A stretch of 64,000 bases of DNA from Bacteroidales bacterium (GCA_045631805.1 JAZQVL010000051.1:4515-68514), one strand, 5' to 3'; counted from the stretch's first letter, positions 55,024-64,000 are shown. Notes: generated by a model from the sequence alone, not told the origin. Translations and numbers: made by a program.

Positions 55024-55053
55024 TTTAAGGGGACTTCTATAAATCCCCTTAAA
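55024..55053 (-). terminator. Hairpin overlapping the response-regulator stop codon (possible terminator, weak U-tract)
   Basis: 10-bp stem TTTAAGGGGA/TCCCCTTAAA with a 10-nt loop. Confidence 0.4.
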
Positions 55054-55795
55054 GATTATTAATAACCTCTAAAATTCTTTCTTTTTTTCGTTTTGAAACA
55101 GGCACCTTCACGCCATCTGTCATAACCACCATCATTTCATCTTTGATAAAGTTCATGATACAGCGCATATTCACCAGATGCGATTTATGAGTACGAACAA
55201 AGTCATATTCTTCTAATTTCTGTTCCATTTCCTTCAAAGTTTTGCTCACCAAAAGATTTGTTCCGTCTTTAAAATAAATAATGGTATAATAATTATCAGA
55301 TTCACAGCGAATTATATTATCCACTTCTATCAAATGAATCTTATCTGATGTTGAAATGCTTATTTTCTTTACAACAAGTTGTTCTGGGTCTATATTTTTC
55401 AGCAATGTATCATACTGTCTTTTCAGGGTCTTTTTATATTTTGCCTCCTTCACTTTTTCTACGGCAGCCACCAATTCTTTCGGGTCAACAGGTTTTAAAA
55501 GATAGTCGAGGGCGTCGTGTCTGATAGCCTTTATTGCGAACTGCTCGTAAGCTGTTATAAAAATGACTTCGAAATCGACATCTTTTATATTGCTTAACAA
55601 TTTGAATCCGCTGCCACCTGGCATTTCAATATCAAGAAAAACCAAATCAGGACTAAAAGCTTCTATCATCGATTGTCCTGATGTAATATCATCGGCTTCC
55701 GCGCAAACCATGACATCAGGGCAATATTGTGCGAGCAACGATTTCAAAACATTACGAGCCATTTCCTCGTCTTCAACAATAACACATCTTATCAT
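55049..55795 (-). CDS. LytTR-family response regulator
   Basis: Receiver domain (DLVFLDIEMPGGSG) plus a LytTR DNA-binding domain (..IHLIEVDNIIRCESDNYYTIIYF..FVRTHKSHLVN). Confidence 0.92.
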   Translation of the reverse strand: MIRCVIVEDEEMARNVLKSLLAQYCPDVMVCAEADDITSGQSMIEAFSPDLVFLDIEMPGGSGFKLLSNIKDVDFEVIFITAYEQFAIKAIRHDALDYLLKPVDPKELVAAVEKVKEAKYKKTLKRQYDTLLKNIDPEQLVVKKISISTSDKIHLIEVDNIIRCESDNYYTIIYFKDGTNLLVSKTLKEMEQKLEEYDFVRTHKSHLVNMRCIMNFIKDEMMVVMTDGVKVPVSKRKKERILEVINNL

Positions 55796-55811
55796 ATATA
55801 CCTTATATTAA

Positions 55812-58800
55812 TTAATCATTATAACTTATTACTATATTAACCCTCGTTCCTAAGGCTTCGCCTTTGTCGTTTTGCAAATCAACGACGTCAACGCTGAAGT
55901 CTTCATTAGAAATCTTGCTTAGCATTTCCAACCTTCTTCGCGTTATGCTCATTCCATAGGACTTATGAGCTCCTGTTTTTTGTTTTATCTTTTCAGAATA
56001 TTTACGTCCGACGCCATTATCTTCAATAACGCAAAGCAGTTTATCTTCTGAAATTTTAGACAGCGATATTTTCAAAATACAGTCTTCTTTCTTTGGCACG
56101 AGTCCGTGAATGATAGCATTTTCCACAAAAGGCTGTATAATCAAAGGAGCTATTTCTATATTGTTAACGTCTAATTTTGAATCAATATTTATTTCATAAT
56201 TAAAGCGATTGCCCAAGCGCATCGATTCCAATTCGAGATACAGGCTAACGGCTTCCATTTCATCATACAATGGGACAAAACGTTCATTCGAGTTATTTAA
56301 TATTCTTCTCATCAGTTTTGAGAAACTAGAAAGATAACTCACAGCTTTATCGACATCATGATTTATTATGTATTGCTGAATACTATTTAACGTGTTAAAA
56401 ATAACATGAGGATTCATCTGAAGCTGCAATGTTTTCTGTTTCAGCTGAGCCATTTGCATCTCAAGTTCATTGATTTTTCGTCTCTGTTCCCTTTTCTGCA
56501 AAGCAATTTTACTTCTATGTTTTACGACGATATATATTATCAAAGAAACGACGAATACCAATATTAATTTGAATATTGCCCTTTGATACCATGCCGGATG
56601 AATTATTATTGTCAGTTCCAACGGTTTCTCTGTCCAAACATTCACTTCGTTAGCGGCTTTTAATTTAAACGTATAGGTTCCTGGACGGAGTTTGTTATAA
56701 TCGGCATACCTATGAGCGGAATTATACGATGTCCATTCATTATCATAATTATCGAGCATACAAGAATACTTCACCATATTCTTTCTCAACAGATTAAGTG
56801 TTGCGAAACCTATTTCGAACGAATTTTCCTTATGAGTCAGATTGATGGTATCGCCGTGATTAAGATAGCGATATTTTTTTCCGTCATGAGTTTGTAGTTT
56901 AGTAACTATGACATTAGGAATCTTTTTTTCAAGCTGAATATCTTTAGGCTTGAAGTAATTAAATCCGCTGAAACCGCCAAATAAAAGCACCCCTTTGCTA
57001 CTTCTCAAGAAAGCGTTAGGAATAAATTCGTTACCTTGCAAGCCATCGCTTTTGTCATAAATAGTCACCGTTTTTGTTGCAAGGTTATATTTTATAATAC
57101 CTTTACTCGTACTTGCCCAGTGAAATCCATTTTCATCAGGGATAATAGCATATACCATCATTCCCGTATTATGATTTATTTTAGATGTTGTAAATGAGTT
57201 TGTTTGCGGATTAAATGCCAGCATTCCACTTGAATATGAACCGATATAATAACGACCATCTTCGCCATCGACTATATCGAAGAGCGCATTATTATTCACC
57301 ACGTCACCTTTCATCAAAGAATCTGGAAGATAATAACGAGTAAAATCATCGGTTTCGTAACTATAGACAGCGAGTCCGTCGCCCGTTGTAATATACAAGG
57401 CTCCATCAGCGAGCATCAAATCAAACAAATCATCGTAAGGCAAAGATTTCTTATTTCTTTTTTCTGCGTTATAAAAGCTATGCGATTTATCTCTCAGATT
57501 TATACGGCACAAACCGACATTAGTGGCCACCCACATATTATCATAATCATCTCTGACGATTCCTCTCACAACGGCATGATAAAGATTAGGGATTTTATAT
57601 TCATCAGCAACATTAATGACTCTATCTGATTTCATGTCGTAGATGAACAATCCATCATTACGAGTTCCAACCCAAAGATAGTTGCCAGCATCGAGATACA
57701 AGCAATATACGTAAAATGATTCGAAATAATTTTCTTTAGAATTGAAATATGGCTTGAAATCCTTTATGGATTCATCATTTATATTAAATATTTTTATGCC
57801 AGCCTCTGTTCCCAAAAGGAAATCATCATTTTCCATTTCCAGGAAATAGTTAATCGACAAGATATAACTATTTTGGAAGAGACTCACGGTAGAGAAATTC
57901 GCCAGATTATTTTCAAAGCGATTCAAGCCCGCATAAGTTGCAATCCATACGGAGCCATTTGTATCTTTAAAGACATCAAAGACATAATTGTCCGATATTG
58001 CATTACGGCGGTTGAATTTAGAGATATGAGCAGCTGTTTTATTCTTATGATTATATATATACAAACCGTCGGTATAAGTGCTAATCATTATTTCATCGTC
58101 ATTGAAAGAAATAATCTTTGATATATCTATTTTATTCGACTTGTATGACATCAGCGAATTAAGATCTATTCTTTCAATTGTCTCGCTTTCAACGTCGAGG
58201 AGACATAATCCGTTTGACGTCCCGATGAATATTTTGGAATCATCAACTTTATGCATGCATCTAAGATTATTGTCAGGCAATGACAAATCTACGTCTTTTA
58301 TATAATAGAAATGGCGTATTGACTGATTTTCATCCTGATACCTGACCAAACCTTTAGATGTCGCAAGCCACCACGAGTTATTATATTCTATATACTCTAT
58401 TTGTCGCACCTCATATTCTGGGAAATAATTGTTGATTTTAGGAATATAAAAGTCTTTTGTTCTAAGGTCATATACCGATGTTCCTCCTTTAGTACATATC
58501 GTAATCCTATTGTTTGCAGGTTTTGATATATAGAATATATGATTATCGGGCAGGACGAGCGAATCCGTTTCAGCGAAGAAATTTGTAACATGTTTATTTT
58601 TCATATCATAGATACACAAGCCTTTTTCTGTGGCTATAAAAAGAGTATCGCCACAAGGCTGAATATCTGTGATTGTTGCGTTTATAATTCCATCGACATT
58701 GTCATATTCTTCAAAATTGTAGCTATCGAAGGAATTCAATCCGCGTTTTGTTCCGAACCACATCATGCCGTTTTCGTCTTGAGCGATGGCAGTAACGATG

Positions 58801-58955
58801 TTGGAACTAAGATAACTGTTAGATACAGAGTTATTTGATATTTCTTTATTAAGGACGTATGATGCCAAAGTATTATTATGTCCCGAAATTTCGTCATGAA
58901 ACATCAGCGACACAAAGAAAAGGACAATATAAGCAATGGCACTATTTCTCATCAT
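55812..58955 (-). CDS. Sensor histidine kinase: periplasmic two-component-regulator propeller repeats + Y_Y_Y domain + TM + LytS/YehU-type His_kinase + HATPase
   Basis: Reg_prop-like repeats (..DENGMMWFGTKRGLNSFD.., ..DTNGSVWIATYAGLNRF..), Y_Y_Y-like YTFKLKAANE, one TM helix, and LQMNPHVIFNTLNSI. There is no receiver domain. Confidence 0.9.
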   Translation of the reverse strand: MMRNSAIAYIVLFFVSLMFHDEISGHNNTLASYVLNKEISNNSVSNSYLSSNIVTAIAQDENGMMWFGTKRGLNSFDSYNFEEYDNVDGIINATITDIQPCGDTLFIATEKGLCIYDMKNKHVTNFFAETDSLVLPDNHIFYISKPANNRITICTKGGTSVYDLRTKDFYIPKINNYFPEYEVRQIEYIEYNNSWWLATSKGLVRYQDENQSIRHFYYIKDVDLSLPDNNLRCMHKVDDSKIFIGTSNGLCLLDVESETIERIDLNSLMSYKSNKIDISKIISFNDDEIMISTYTDGLYIYNHKNKTAAHISKFNRRNAISDNYVFDVFKDTNGSVWIATYAGLNRFENNLANFSTVSLFQNSYILSINYFLEMENDDFLLGTEAGIKIFNINDESIKDFKPYFNSKENYFESFYVYCLYLDAGNYLWVGTRNDGLFIYDMKSDRVINVADEYKIPNLYHAVVRGIVRDDYDNMWVATNVGLCRINLRDKSHSFYNAEKRNKKSLPYDDLFDLMLADGALYITTGDGLAVYSYETDDFTRYYLPDSLMKGDVVNNNALFDIVDGEDGRYYIGSYSSGMLAFNPQTNSFTTSKINHNTGMMVYAIIPDENGFHWASTSKGIIKYNLATKTVTIYDKSDGLQGNEFIPNAFLRSSKGVLLFGGFSGFNYFKPKDIQLEKKIPNVIVTKLQTHDGKKYRYLNHGDTINLTHKENSFEIGFATLNLLRKNMVKYSCMLDNYDNEWTSYNSAHRYADYNKLRPGTYTFKLKAANEVNVWTEKPLELTIIIHPAWYQRAIFKLILVFVVSLIIYIVVKHRSKIALQKREQRRKINELEMQMAQLKQKTLQLQMNPHVIFNTLNSIQQYIINHDVDKAVSYLSSFSKLMRRILNNSNERFVPLYDEMEAVSLYLELESMRLGNRFNYEINIDSKLDVNNIEIAPLIIQPFVENAIIHGLVPKKEDCILKISLSKISEDKLLCVIEDNGVGRKYSEKIKQKTGAHKSYGMSITRRRLEMLSKISNEDFSVDVVDLQNDKGEALGTRVNIVISYND

Positions 58956-59341
58956 TTTGTATCCCTTACTCCATCTTTTATAACAGCGTCATCTGCAATT
59001 CTGCATGAGTTCTTTTTATTGAAATCAAAAAACGACTTCTTTCTAATCGGTGTATCTCTTTTGCTTCTTTTTGCATTTTCTTTCATCATTTTCTTAGTAG
59101 CGTCCGACTGCATTTCATAATGTCTCTTCACTAATTCTTCATAAGACACACTATTATCATTCACCAAATTGTTTTCAGAATCTGGCAAAATGACTTCCAT
59201 TTCTTCAGAATCAATATTTTGATTTTCTTTCGGTACTATCATTGGATTTTCTTCAGGAATTACCACATCTTTTTTTGAAGAACAAGATAAAAAAAGTGAA
59301 GCTGCGAACAATAAAGCCAGCATTAATAAACGTTTATGCAT
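58952..59341 (-). CDS. Hypothetical lipoprotein (129 aa), translationally coupled to the kinase
   Basis: Lipobox SLFLSCSS. Its stop TGA overlaps the kinase ATG (ATGA at 58952-58955). Confidence 0.6.
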   Translation of the reverse strand: MHKRLLMLALLFAASLFLSCSSKKDVVIPEENPMIVPKENQNIDSEEMEVILPDSENNLVNDNSVSYEELVKRHYEMQSDATKKMMKENAKRSKRDTPIRKKSFFDFNKKNSCRIADDAVIKDGVRDTK

Positions 59342-59410
59342 ACGATAGTTCTTTTTTTAAAATTTAAAGTTATACTTTCAATTAATTTTATTGTTTAAAC
59401 AAATAAGTTG

Positions 59411-59418
59411 TATTTTTG
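59411..59418 (+). promoter_or_regulatory. -7 promoter box TATTTTTG for the 143-aa lipoprotein gene
   Basis: TAnnTTTG match 11 nt upstream of ATG 59429. It lies inside the ORF-track extension that starts at TTG 59408. Confidence 0.5.
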
Positions 59419-59428
59419 TTTTCTAATT

Positions 59429-59860
59429 ATGAAAATTATTTTTGTCATATCATTACTTTTGTTGAGCATGTTCTCATGCGACGATACTCCGCACAATCCC
59501 AACATTCCTGATGCGTATATCAATTTTACCATTGAGCCTAATTCAACATATTATTATGAATTAAACACTGTCAGCGGTTGGATGTATGTCACCGCACCAC
59601 CTCAGAGCAGGGGCATCATTGTGTATCGATATTCATTGGATGAGTTTCGTGCTTACGAGCGACAGTCACCCAACGAGCCAAATTATTGCGGCGAATATTC
59701 CAGGCTAATTGTCGATTTTCCGTTTGTCGTTGACACTTGTTTAGATGTGAAATACAGCATCTTAGACGGTCAGATAATCAGTGGCGGCTATTACGGTTAT
59801 CCATTGATTCAATATCATACTCAATATGACGGGCACTCTTTAAGAATCTACAACAAATAA
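59429..59860 (+). CDS. Hypothetical lipoprotein (143 aa)
   Basis: Lipobox LLLSMFSC, with the start set at ATG 59429 (MKIIFVISLL..). I recognise no motif. Confidence 0.6.
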   Translation: MKIIFVISLLLLSMFSCDDTPHNPNIPDAYINFTIEPNSTYYYELNTVSGWMYVTAPPQSRGIIVYRYSLDEFRAYERQSPNEPNYCGEYSRLIVDFPFVVDTCLDVKYSILDGQIISGGYYGYPLIQYHTQYDGHSLRIYNK

Positions 59861-59890
59861 TACACCTCTATATCACAACTTTCATCAAAA

Positions 59891-59918
59891 ACAGCATCAC
59901 GAAATTTCGTAATGCTGT
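59891..59918. terminator. Bidirectional intrinsic terminator
   Basis: Stem ACAGCAT.ACGAA/TTCGT.ATGCTGT with A5 upstream and T7 downstream, between convergent stops at 59860 and 59931. Confidence 0.8.
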
Positions 59919-59930
59919 TTTTTTAAATTA

Positions 59931-61358
59931 TCAATATCTGTAGATGTCTGATTTGAAAGGACCATCGACAGGAACTCCGATATAATCTGCTTGTTCTTGT
60001 GTGAGTTTGGTCAATTTGACACCAATTTTTTCGAGGTGCAATCTTGCTACTTCTTCATCGAGATATTTTGGCAAGCAATATACATCAACAGGATAGTTGC
60101 CTCTGTTCTTCCACAAATCCAACTGAGCCAATGTTTGGTTAGTGAATGAGTTACTCATCACGAAACTTGCGTGACCTGTTGCGCAGCCGAGGTTAACCAA
60201 GCGACCTTCAGCGAGGATGAATATTGAGTTGCCGTTTGGCATGATATATTTATCAACTTGAGGTTTGATGTTGACTTTCTTGACGCCTGGAAGATTTTCC
60301 AAAGCTGACACTTGGATTTCGTTGTCGAAGTGACCGATATTACATACGATAGCTTGGTCTTTCATCTGGAGCATTGTCTCGAGAGTGATGACGTCGCGGT
60401 TACCAGTACATGTGACATAGACGTTACCTTCTTTAACAGCTTCTTCCACTGTTGTTACTTCGAAGCCTTCCATTGCAGCTTGAAGAGCACAGATAGGGTC
60501 TATTTCTGTCACGATGACTCTTGCACCGTAAGAGCGCATTGAGTGTGCGCAGCCTTTACCAACATCGCCATAGCCGAGAACGACGACGACTTTACCAGCG
60601 AGCATAACGTCGGTAGCGCGTTTGATACCGTCAGCGAGAGATTCGCGGCATCCGTAGAGGTTGTCGAATTTTGATTTTGTAACACTGTCGTTGACATTGA
60701 TAGCAGGAACGAGAAGCTTGCCTTGTTCTTTCATTTGGTACAAACGGTGAACGCCTGTTGTTGTCTCTTCAGAAACGCCTTTCCAGTTAGCGACAACTTC
60801 ATGCCAATGGTTAGGATTTTCAGCGTAAGTAGCTTTGATTACTGACATAAGAGCTGCTTCTTCAGCGTTGCTTGGTTCAACGTCCATGAGTGAAGGATCG
60901 TTTTCGCAGTCGTAGCCTTTGTGGATTAACAAAGTAGCGTCGCCGCCATCGTCAACGATCAAATCTGGACCTTTGCCATCAGGGAATGTGAGAGCTCTCA
61001 TTGTGCACCACCAGTAGTCTTCCAATGACTCGCCTTTCCAAGCGAATACCGCTGTTCCTGTTGCTGCGATAGCTGCTGCAGCGTGGTCTTGAGTTGAGAA
61101 GATGTTACAGCTTGCCCAGCGTACTTCAGCGCCGAGTTCAACTAATGTCTCAATCAAGATAGCTGTTTGTATTGTCATGTGCAAAGAGCCGCTGATACGA
61201 GCGCCAGCGAGAGGTTTCTCTGCACCATATTTCTTACGAAGCGCCATCAAACCTGGCATTTCATGTTCTGATACTTCTATTTCTTTTCTTCCCCAATCGA
61301 CGAGATTCATATCTGCAACCAAATAAGGAAGGTCTTTTTGCATTAATTTTTCGTTCAT
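59931..61358 (-). CDS. ahcY: Adenosylhomocysteinase
   Basis: Full-length SAH hydrolase: N-terminal [25 protein letters not shown] and the NAD site [14 protein letters not shown]. Confidence 0.96.
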   Translation of the reverse strand: MNEKLMQKDLPYLVADMNLVDWGRKEIEVSEHEMPGLMALRKKYGAEKPLAGARISGSLHMTIQTAILIETLVELGAEVRWASCNIFSTQDHAAAAIAATGTAVFAWKGESLEDYWWCTMRALTFPDGKGPDLIVDDGGDATLLIHKGYDCENDPSLMDVEPSNAEEAALMSVIKATYAENPNHWHEVVANWKGVSEETTTGVHRLYQMKEQGKLLVPAINVNDSVTKSKFDNLYGCRESLADGIKRATDVMLAGKVVVVLGYGDVGKGCAHSMRSYGARVIVTEIDPICALQAAMEGFEVTTVEEAVKEGNVYVTCTGNRDVITLETMLQMKDQAIVCNIGHFDNEIQVSALENLPGVKKVNIKPQVDKYIMPNGNSIFILAEGRLVNLGCATGHASFVMSNSFTNQTLAQLDLWKNRGNYPVDVYCLPKYLDEEVARLHLEKIGVKLTKLTQEQADYIGVPVDGPFKSDIYRY

Positions 61359-61392
61359 GATATGGTGTTTTATATTTATTTTTCCAAGAATG

Positions 61393-61400
61393 CAAAGATA
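61393..61400 (-). promoter_or_regulatory. -7 promoter box TATCTTTG for ahcY
   Basis: CAAAGATA on the plus strand, 35 nt upstream of ATG 61358. On the coding strand it is preceded by TTTTTTCA and TTAGCC words. Confidence 0.55.
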
Positions 61401-61408
61401 TGAAAAAA

Positions 61409-61697
61409 GGCTAATGGCTAAGGGTTAATGGCTAAAGTTTTTTTTAAGACTACAAGACTACGAGACTACAAGTTTTTTTTCAGTTAAGAGTTAGGAATTC
61501 CTCATTTCACCCACTTTCCACTCTCCACTTCCTTCATTCCTAATTCCTCATTCCTCATTCCTAATTTAAAAGACGCTTCAATTACATATTGTTTATTTTT
61601 AAGGTGTAATGTGAAAACGTCTCTACAAAACATTCCTAACTCGTCCTCGTTCCCTATCCTCAGTTCCTCAGCTCCTCAGTTCCTTAATTCCTAACTA
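61409..61697. repeat. About 290-nt intergenic block made almost entirely of word repeats
   Basis: GGCTAATGG words at 61409-61437; T8-(AAGACTAC)x3-T8 at 61438-61480; the AGGAATTCCT palindrome; TTCCTCA/TTCCTAA runs at 61497-61566 and 61631-61697. Confidence 0.9.
61571..61622 (-). terminator. Imperfect hairpin, probable terminator of the YfcC-family gene
   Basis: Outer stem AGACG/CGTCT and inner stem ATTACA/TGTAAT. On the minus strand it is followed by TTTTAAATT. Confidence 0.45.
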
Positions 61698-61698
61698 A

Positions 61699-63321
61699 TC
61701 AAAACCCCTCAAGGCTCATCGTCACTGTTGGGATTAAGAGCAAACCTCCTAATATGATAAGGACGAGCACGAATTTCCAGAACCATTTGAACCATTTCTG
61801 ATATGGCACTCTTGCCACTCCAAGCGCTGCTATGAGAACTCCAGATGTCGGTGTTATCATATTGGTGAATCCGTCGCCAAACTGAAACGCCATCACTGTA
61901 GCTTGACGGCATACACCAATCAAATCGCTGAACGGTGCCATGATTGGCATTGTGATGGCTGCCTTTGCCGAGCCTGACGGAATAACGACATTGACAATAG
62001 TTTGTATCGCATACATTATTTCAACCGAAGCAATCTTGCCTAAATCGGTCATTGACTTTGAAAGTCCGTATAATATAGTGTCAATGATGCCACCCTCTTG
62101 AAGTATTATCACTATGCCGCCTGCGAGACCAACGACGACAGCCGCAGATAAAATATCGCTCATGCCTTCAATGAAAAGACGTGCTATGTCGCTGGCTGTC
62201 TTTCCTATCGCCAATCCGCTTGCGATACCCATCACAAGGAACAATGTAGCGATTTCCATCACATACCATCCGTATCCCATAACGCCGACGATAAGGTAAA
62301 TAATGGTATAAAGAAGTATCAATAGTATAAAATTATGAACTGTTTTTCTTAATGACAAAGGTCCCAATATTGCGAAAAGAACTGTCAATATAGGAATGAA
62401 AGGAGCTGTCATTGATGAATTGCCTACATTCAAAGTTGTGGTTGGGTAATAGAAAGAAAATACTGTCATTGCGACGAGAATCGCTGCATAAACATACCAA
62501 GCTTGTTTTGTCTTTATCGCTTCATGTTCTTGCTGTCCTTCAATGTTATGAGTACGCCAATATGCATCTTCGTCATACATTATAGAAGACATAGGATTCT
62601 TCTTTACCTTTTTAGCATATAACAAAACGAAAGCAATTGTCACCACATTTATCACAACCCAGCAGAAAATTCTGTAGCCTATTCCTGAGAAAAGCGGCAC
62701 ATCGGCAATTCCTTGCGCTATTCCTATTGTGAAAGGATTGAGTATCGCGCCAGCAAATCCGACATGAGCAGCCACATAGACCATACACACGCCCACTATG
62801 GAGTCGTAGCCCATCGATATGGCAAGAGGAATAATTATGATGATGAAAGCAATACATTCTTCACTCATACCGAAGACAGCTCCGAACAAACTAAACAACA
62901 GCATTATCAAAGTGATGATAATATTATCTACGCCAAGAGTTTTGAAAAGACTATAGTTTTCTAATTTTTTAGTAAATTTAAGGAAGGTGAAAATACCCAT
63001 ATCTATGGCGTGGCTCTTATTCATAATCCAGAAAGCGCCGCCTATGATAAGGATGAAAACTATGATTGAACTTTGTTTCTCAAAGCCCTTGAAAAGCGCA
63101 GAAAACACCTGCCAAGTCTGAGGTTCCGAGTGATAATCCGCCTTTAATTGTTCGGGAATCTCATCTTGGTAATAGAAATTCAATTCTGTTTTTTCAATTC
63201 CATTTTCTATAATGTTTTCTTTAATATAATAGCCAGGCTCGACAAACCAAGTCATAACAGCAGCTATCACTATGATAAAGAATACAATAACAAAAGTATG
63301 CGGTACTTTTTTCTGTGCCAT
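61699..63321 (-). CDS. YfcC-family (DcuC-like) anaerobic C4-dicarboxylate/basic amino acid carrier
   Basis: The N-terminus MAQKKVPHTFVIVFFIIVIAAVMTWFV is typical of YfcC, and the protein is multi-TM. The start is set at ATG 63321, because a -7 box (63339-63346) lies inside the ORF-track extension to 63465. Confidence 0.8.
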   Translation of the reverse strand: MAQKKVPHTFVIVFFIIVIAAVMTWFVEPGYYIKENIIENGIEKTELNFYYQDEIPEQLKADYHSEPQTWQVFSALFKGFEKQSSIIVFILIIGGAFWIMNKSHAIDMGIFTFLKFTKKLENYSLFKTLGVDNIIITLIMLLFSLFGAVFGMSEECIAFIIIIIPLAISMGYDSIVGVCMVYVAAHVGFAGAILNPFTIGIAQGIADVPLFSGIGYRIFCWVVINVVTIAFVLLYAKKVKKNPMSSIMYDEDAYWRTHNIEGQQEHEAIKTKQAWYVYAAILVAMTVFSFYYPTTTLNVGNSSMTAPFIPILTVLFAILGPLSLRKTVHNFILLILLYTIIYLIVGVMGYGWYVMEIATLFLVMGIASGLAIGKTASDIARLFIEGMSDILSAAVVVGLAGGIVIILQEGGIIDTILYGLSKSMTDLGKIASVEIMYAIQTIVNVVIPSGSAKAAITMPIMAPFSDLIGVCRQATVMAFQFGDGFTNMITPTSGVLIAALGVARVPYQKWFKWFWKFVLVLIILGGLLLIPTVTMSLEGF

Positions 63322-63338
63322 AATATTATCTTTTTTTG

Positions 63339-63346
63339 CAAAAATA
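63339..63346 (-). promoter_or_regulatory. -7 promoter box TATTTTTG for the YfcC-family gene
   Basis: CAAAAATA on the plus strand, 18 nt upstream of ATG 63321. Confidence 0.5.
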
Positions 63347-63419
63347 ATAGTTTTATATTTAATTTCAACAAAAATGCTGAAATATGTAGGAAAATTAACG
63401 GTTTTGAGCAATATTATTG

Positions 63420-63427
63420 TATTTTTG
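63420..63427 (+). promoter_or_regulatory. -7 promoter box TATTTTTG for the 168-aa gene
   Basis: TAnnTTTG match 32 nt upstream of ATG 63459. Confidence 0.5.
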
Positions 63428-63458
63428 TAGTTGCAAAAAATATAAATTATTAAGTATA

Positions 63459-63965
63459 ATGACAAACAATTCTCTGACTACATCTGACATCATGGATCTT
63501 ATTTCAGATTATAAATCAGAAATAAGGAAACTTTCCGCAAAAATTTCATTTTGTGAAAACAGAATTTTTGAATTGGAGAGCTTGTTGAAAACTAATTCTA
63601 ACAACACCATTTGCATTTCCGCACAAGAATCAAGATACAGAAAAAAGGAAACCAATCCTCGCAAGCCATACCCTCTTTCAAATTGGGACAAGATTATTAT
63701 TGATGTCATATCAGAAAGCGGGAAAGCCCAATTGAGCAAAGATGTATATGATAAAGTTTTCAGCAGATCAAAGGAAGCCGGAATTTTTATTGACGACATC
63801 AGAAGCAAAGCTAAAATCAACCAATGTCTTGTTAAGTTAGCTAATCGTCGTAGCGACCTTGTCAAAGTAAAATACGGCGGTCGCGGTTACGCTTATTGTT
63901 TGCCTGAATGGATTAACGAAAATGGGACTTTAAAAAAGGAATATAAGATTACAGATATAGAATAG
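63459..63965 (+). CDS. Hypothetical protein (168 aa): predicted coiled-coil N-half, basic linker, possible winged-helix C-half
   Basis: The start is set at ATG 63459 (MTNNSLTTSD..). I recognise no motif. The C-terminal KINQCLVKLANRRSDLVKVKYGGRGYAY looks like a wHTH wing. Confidence 0.55.
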   Translation: MTNNSLTTSDIMDLISDYKSEIRKLSAKISFCENRIFELESLLKTNSNNTICISAQESRYRKKETNPRKPYPLSNWDKIIIDVISESGKAQLSKDVYDKVFSRSKEAGIFIDDIRSKAKINQCLVKLANRRSDLVKVKYGGRGYAYCLPEWINENGTLKKEYKITDIE

Positions 63966-64000
63966 ACATTTACTATAAAAACCTATTTCAACAAAAAAGA

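Noticed and set aside
54814-55048. Direct repeats TTCTTAACA (54902-54910) and TCCTTAACA (54966-54974) upstream of the barrel operon as LytTR regulator binding sites.
   Set aside because: There are only two 9-mers, 64 nt apart, in very AT-rich DNA. The spacing does not match the 12-13 nt gap typical of LytTR sites, so the evidence is too weak to call.
1-64000. Mobile elements, prophage, defence islands, toxin-antitoxin pairs or biosynthetic clusters anywhere in the window.
   Set aside because: No integrase, transposase, recombinase, nuclease-ATPase, restriction, Cas, RT, PKS or NRPS signatures appear in any ORF translation. Composition looks uniform by eye across the window.

Overview
This is an AT-rich chromosomal segment from a Bacteroidota genome. 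The evidence is gldD/gldE gliding genes, proteins with type IX secretion (T9SS) C-terminal sorting domains, a PorV-like barrel, a DUF5103 plug-like protein, CarboxypepD_reg-type outer-membrane barrels, TAnnTTTG -7 promoter boxes upstream of most operons, and almost no Shine-Dalgarno sequences. I call 49 protein-coding genes (one 5'-truncated, and one 30-codon gene missing from the ORF track) plus one tRNA-Ser(GGA). Housekeeping genes (glyA, trpS, hflX, tatD, ansA, ssb, HU, RNase G, priA, apbE, tyrS, greA, ahcY) are interleaved with envelope, TonB and T9SS genes. I see no rRNA, CRISPR array, transposase, integrase, prophage or recognisable defence genes. Four things deserve a second look. (1) A co-directional block at 45574-59341 encodes a lipoprotein, a Y_Y_Y/LytS-type kinase and a LytTR regulator, followed by an Oar-like TonB-dependent barrel, a 1442-aa giant protein with a sorting-domain tail, and a PorV paralog. 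I cannot match this architecture to a described system. (2) A family of 7-8 nt 'word' repeats (TTCCTAA, GACTAAT, GACTACAA, CCTTAAA types) fills intergenic DNA at 14 or more sites. The words build long hairpins and terminators, place stop codons in all frames, and abut promoters at a fixed spacing. (3) An unannotated 30-aa, hyper-basic bS22-like ORF lies between HU and RNase G. (4) Several small regulatory oddities are listed in the findings, including a greA leader hairpin and a 29-bp hairpin between trpS and hflX. All functional calls rest on motif recognition by eye. No database search was run.
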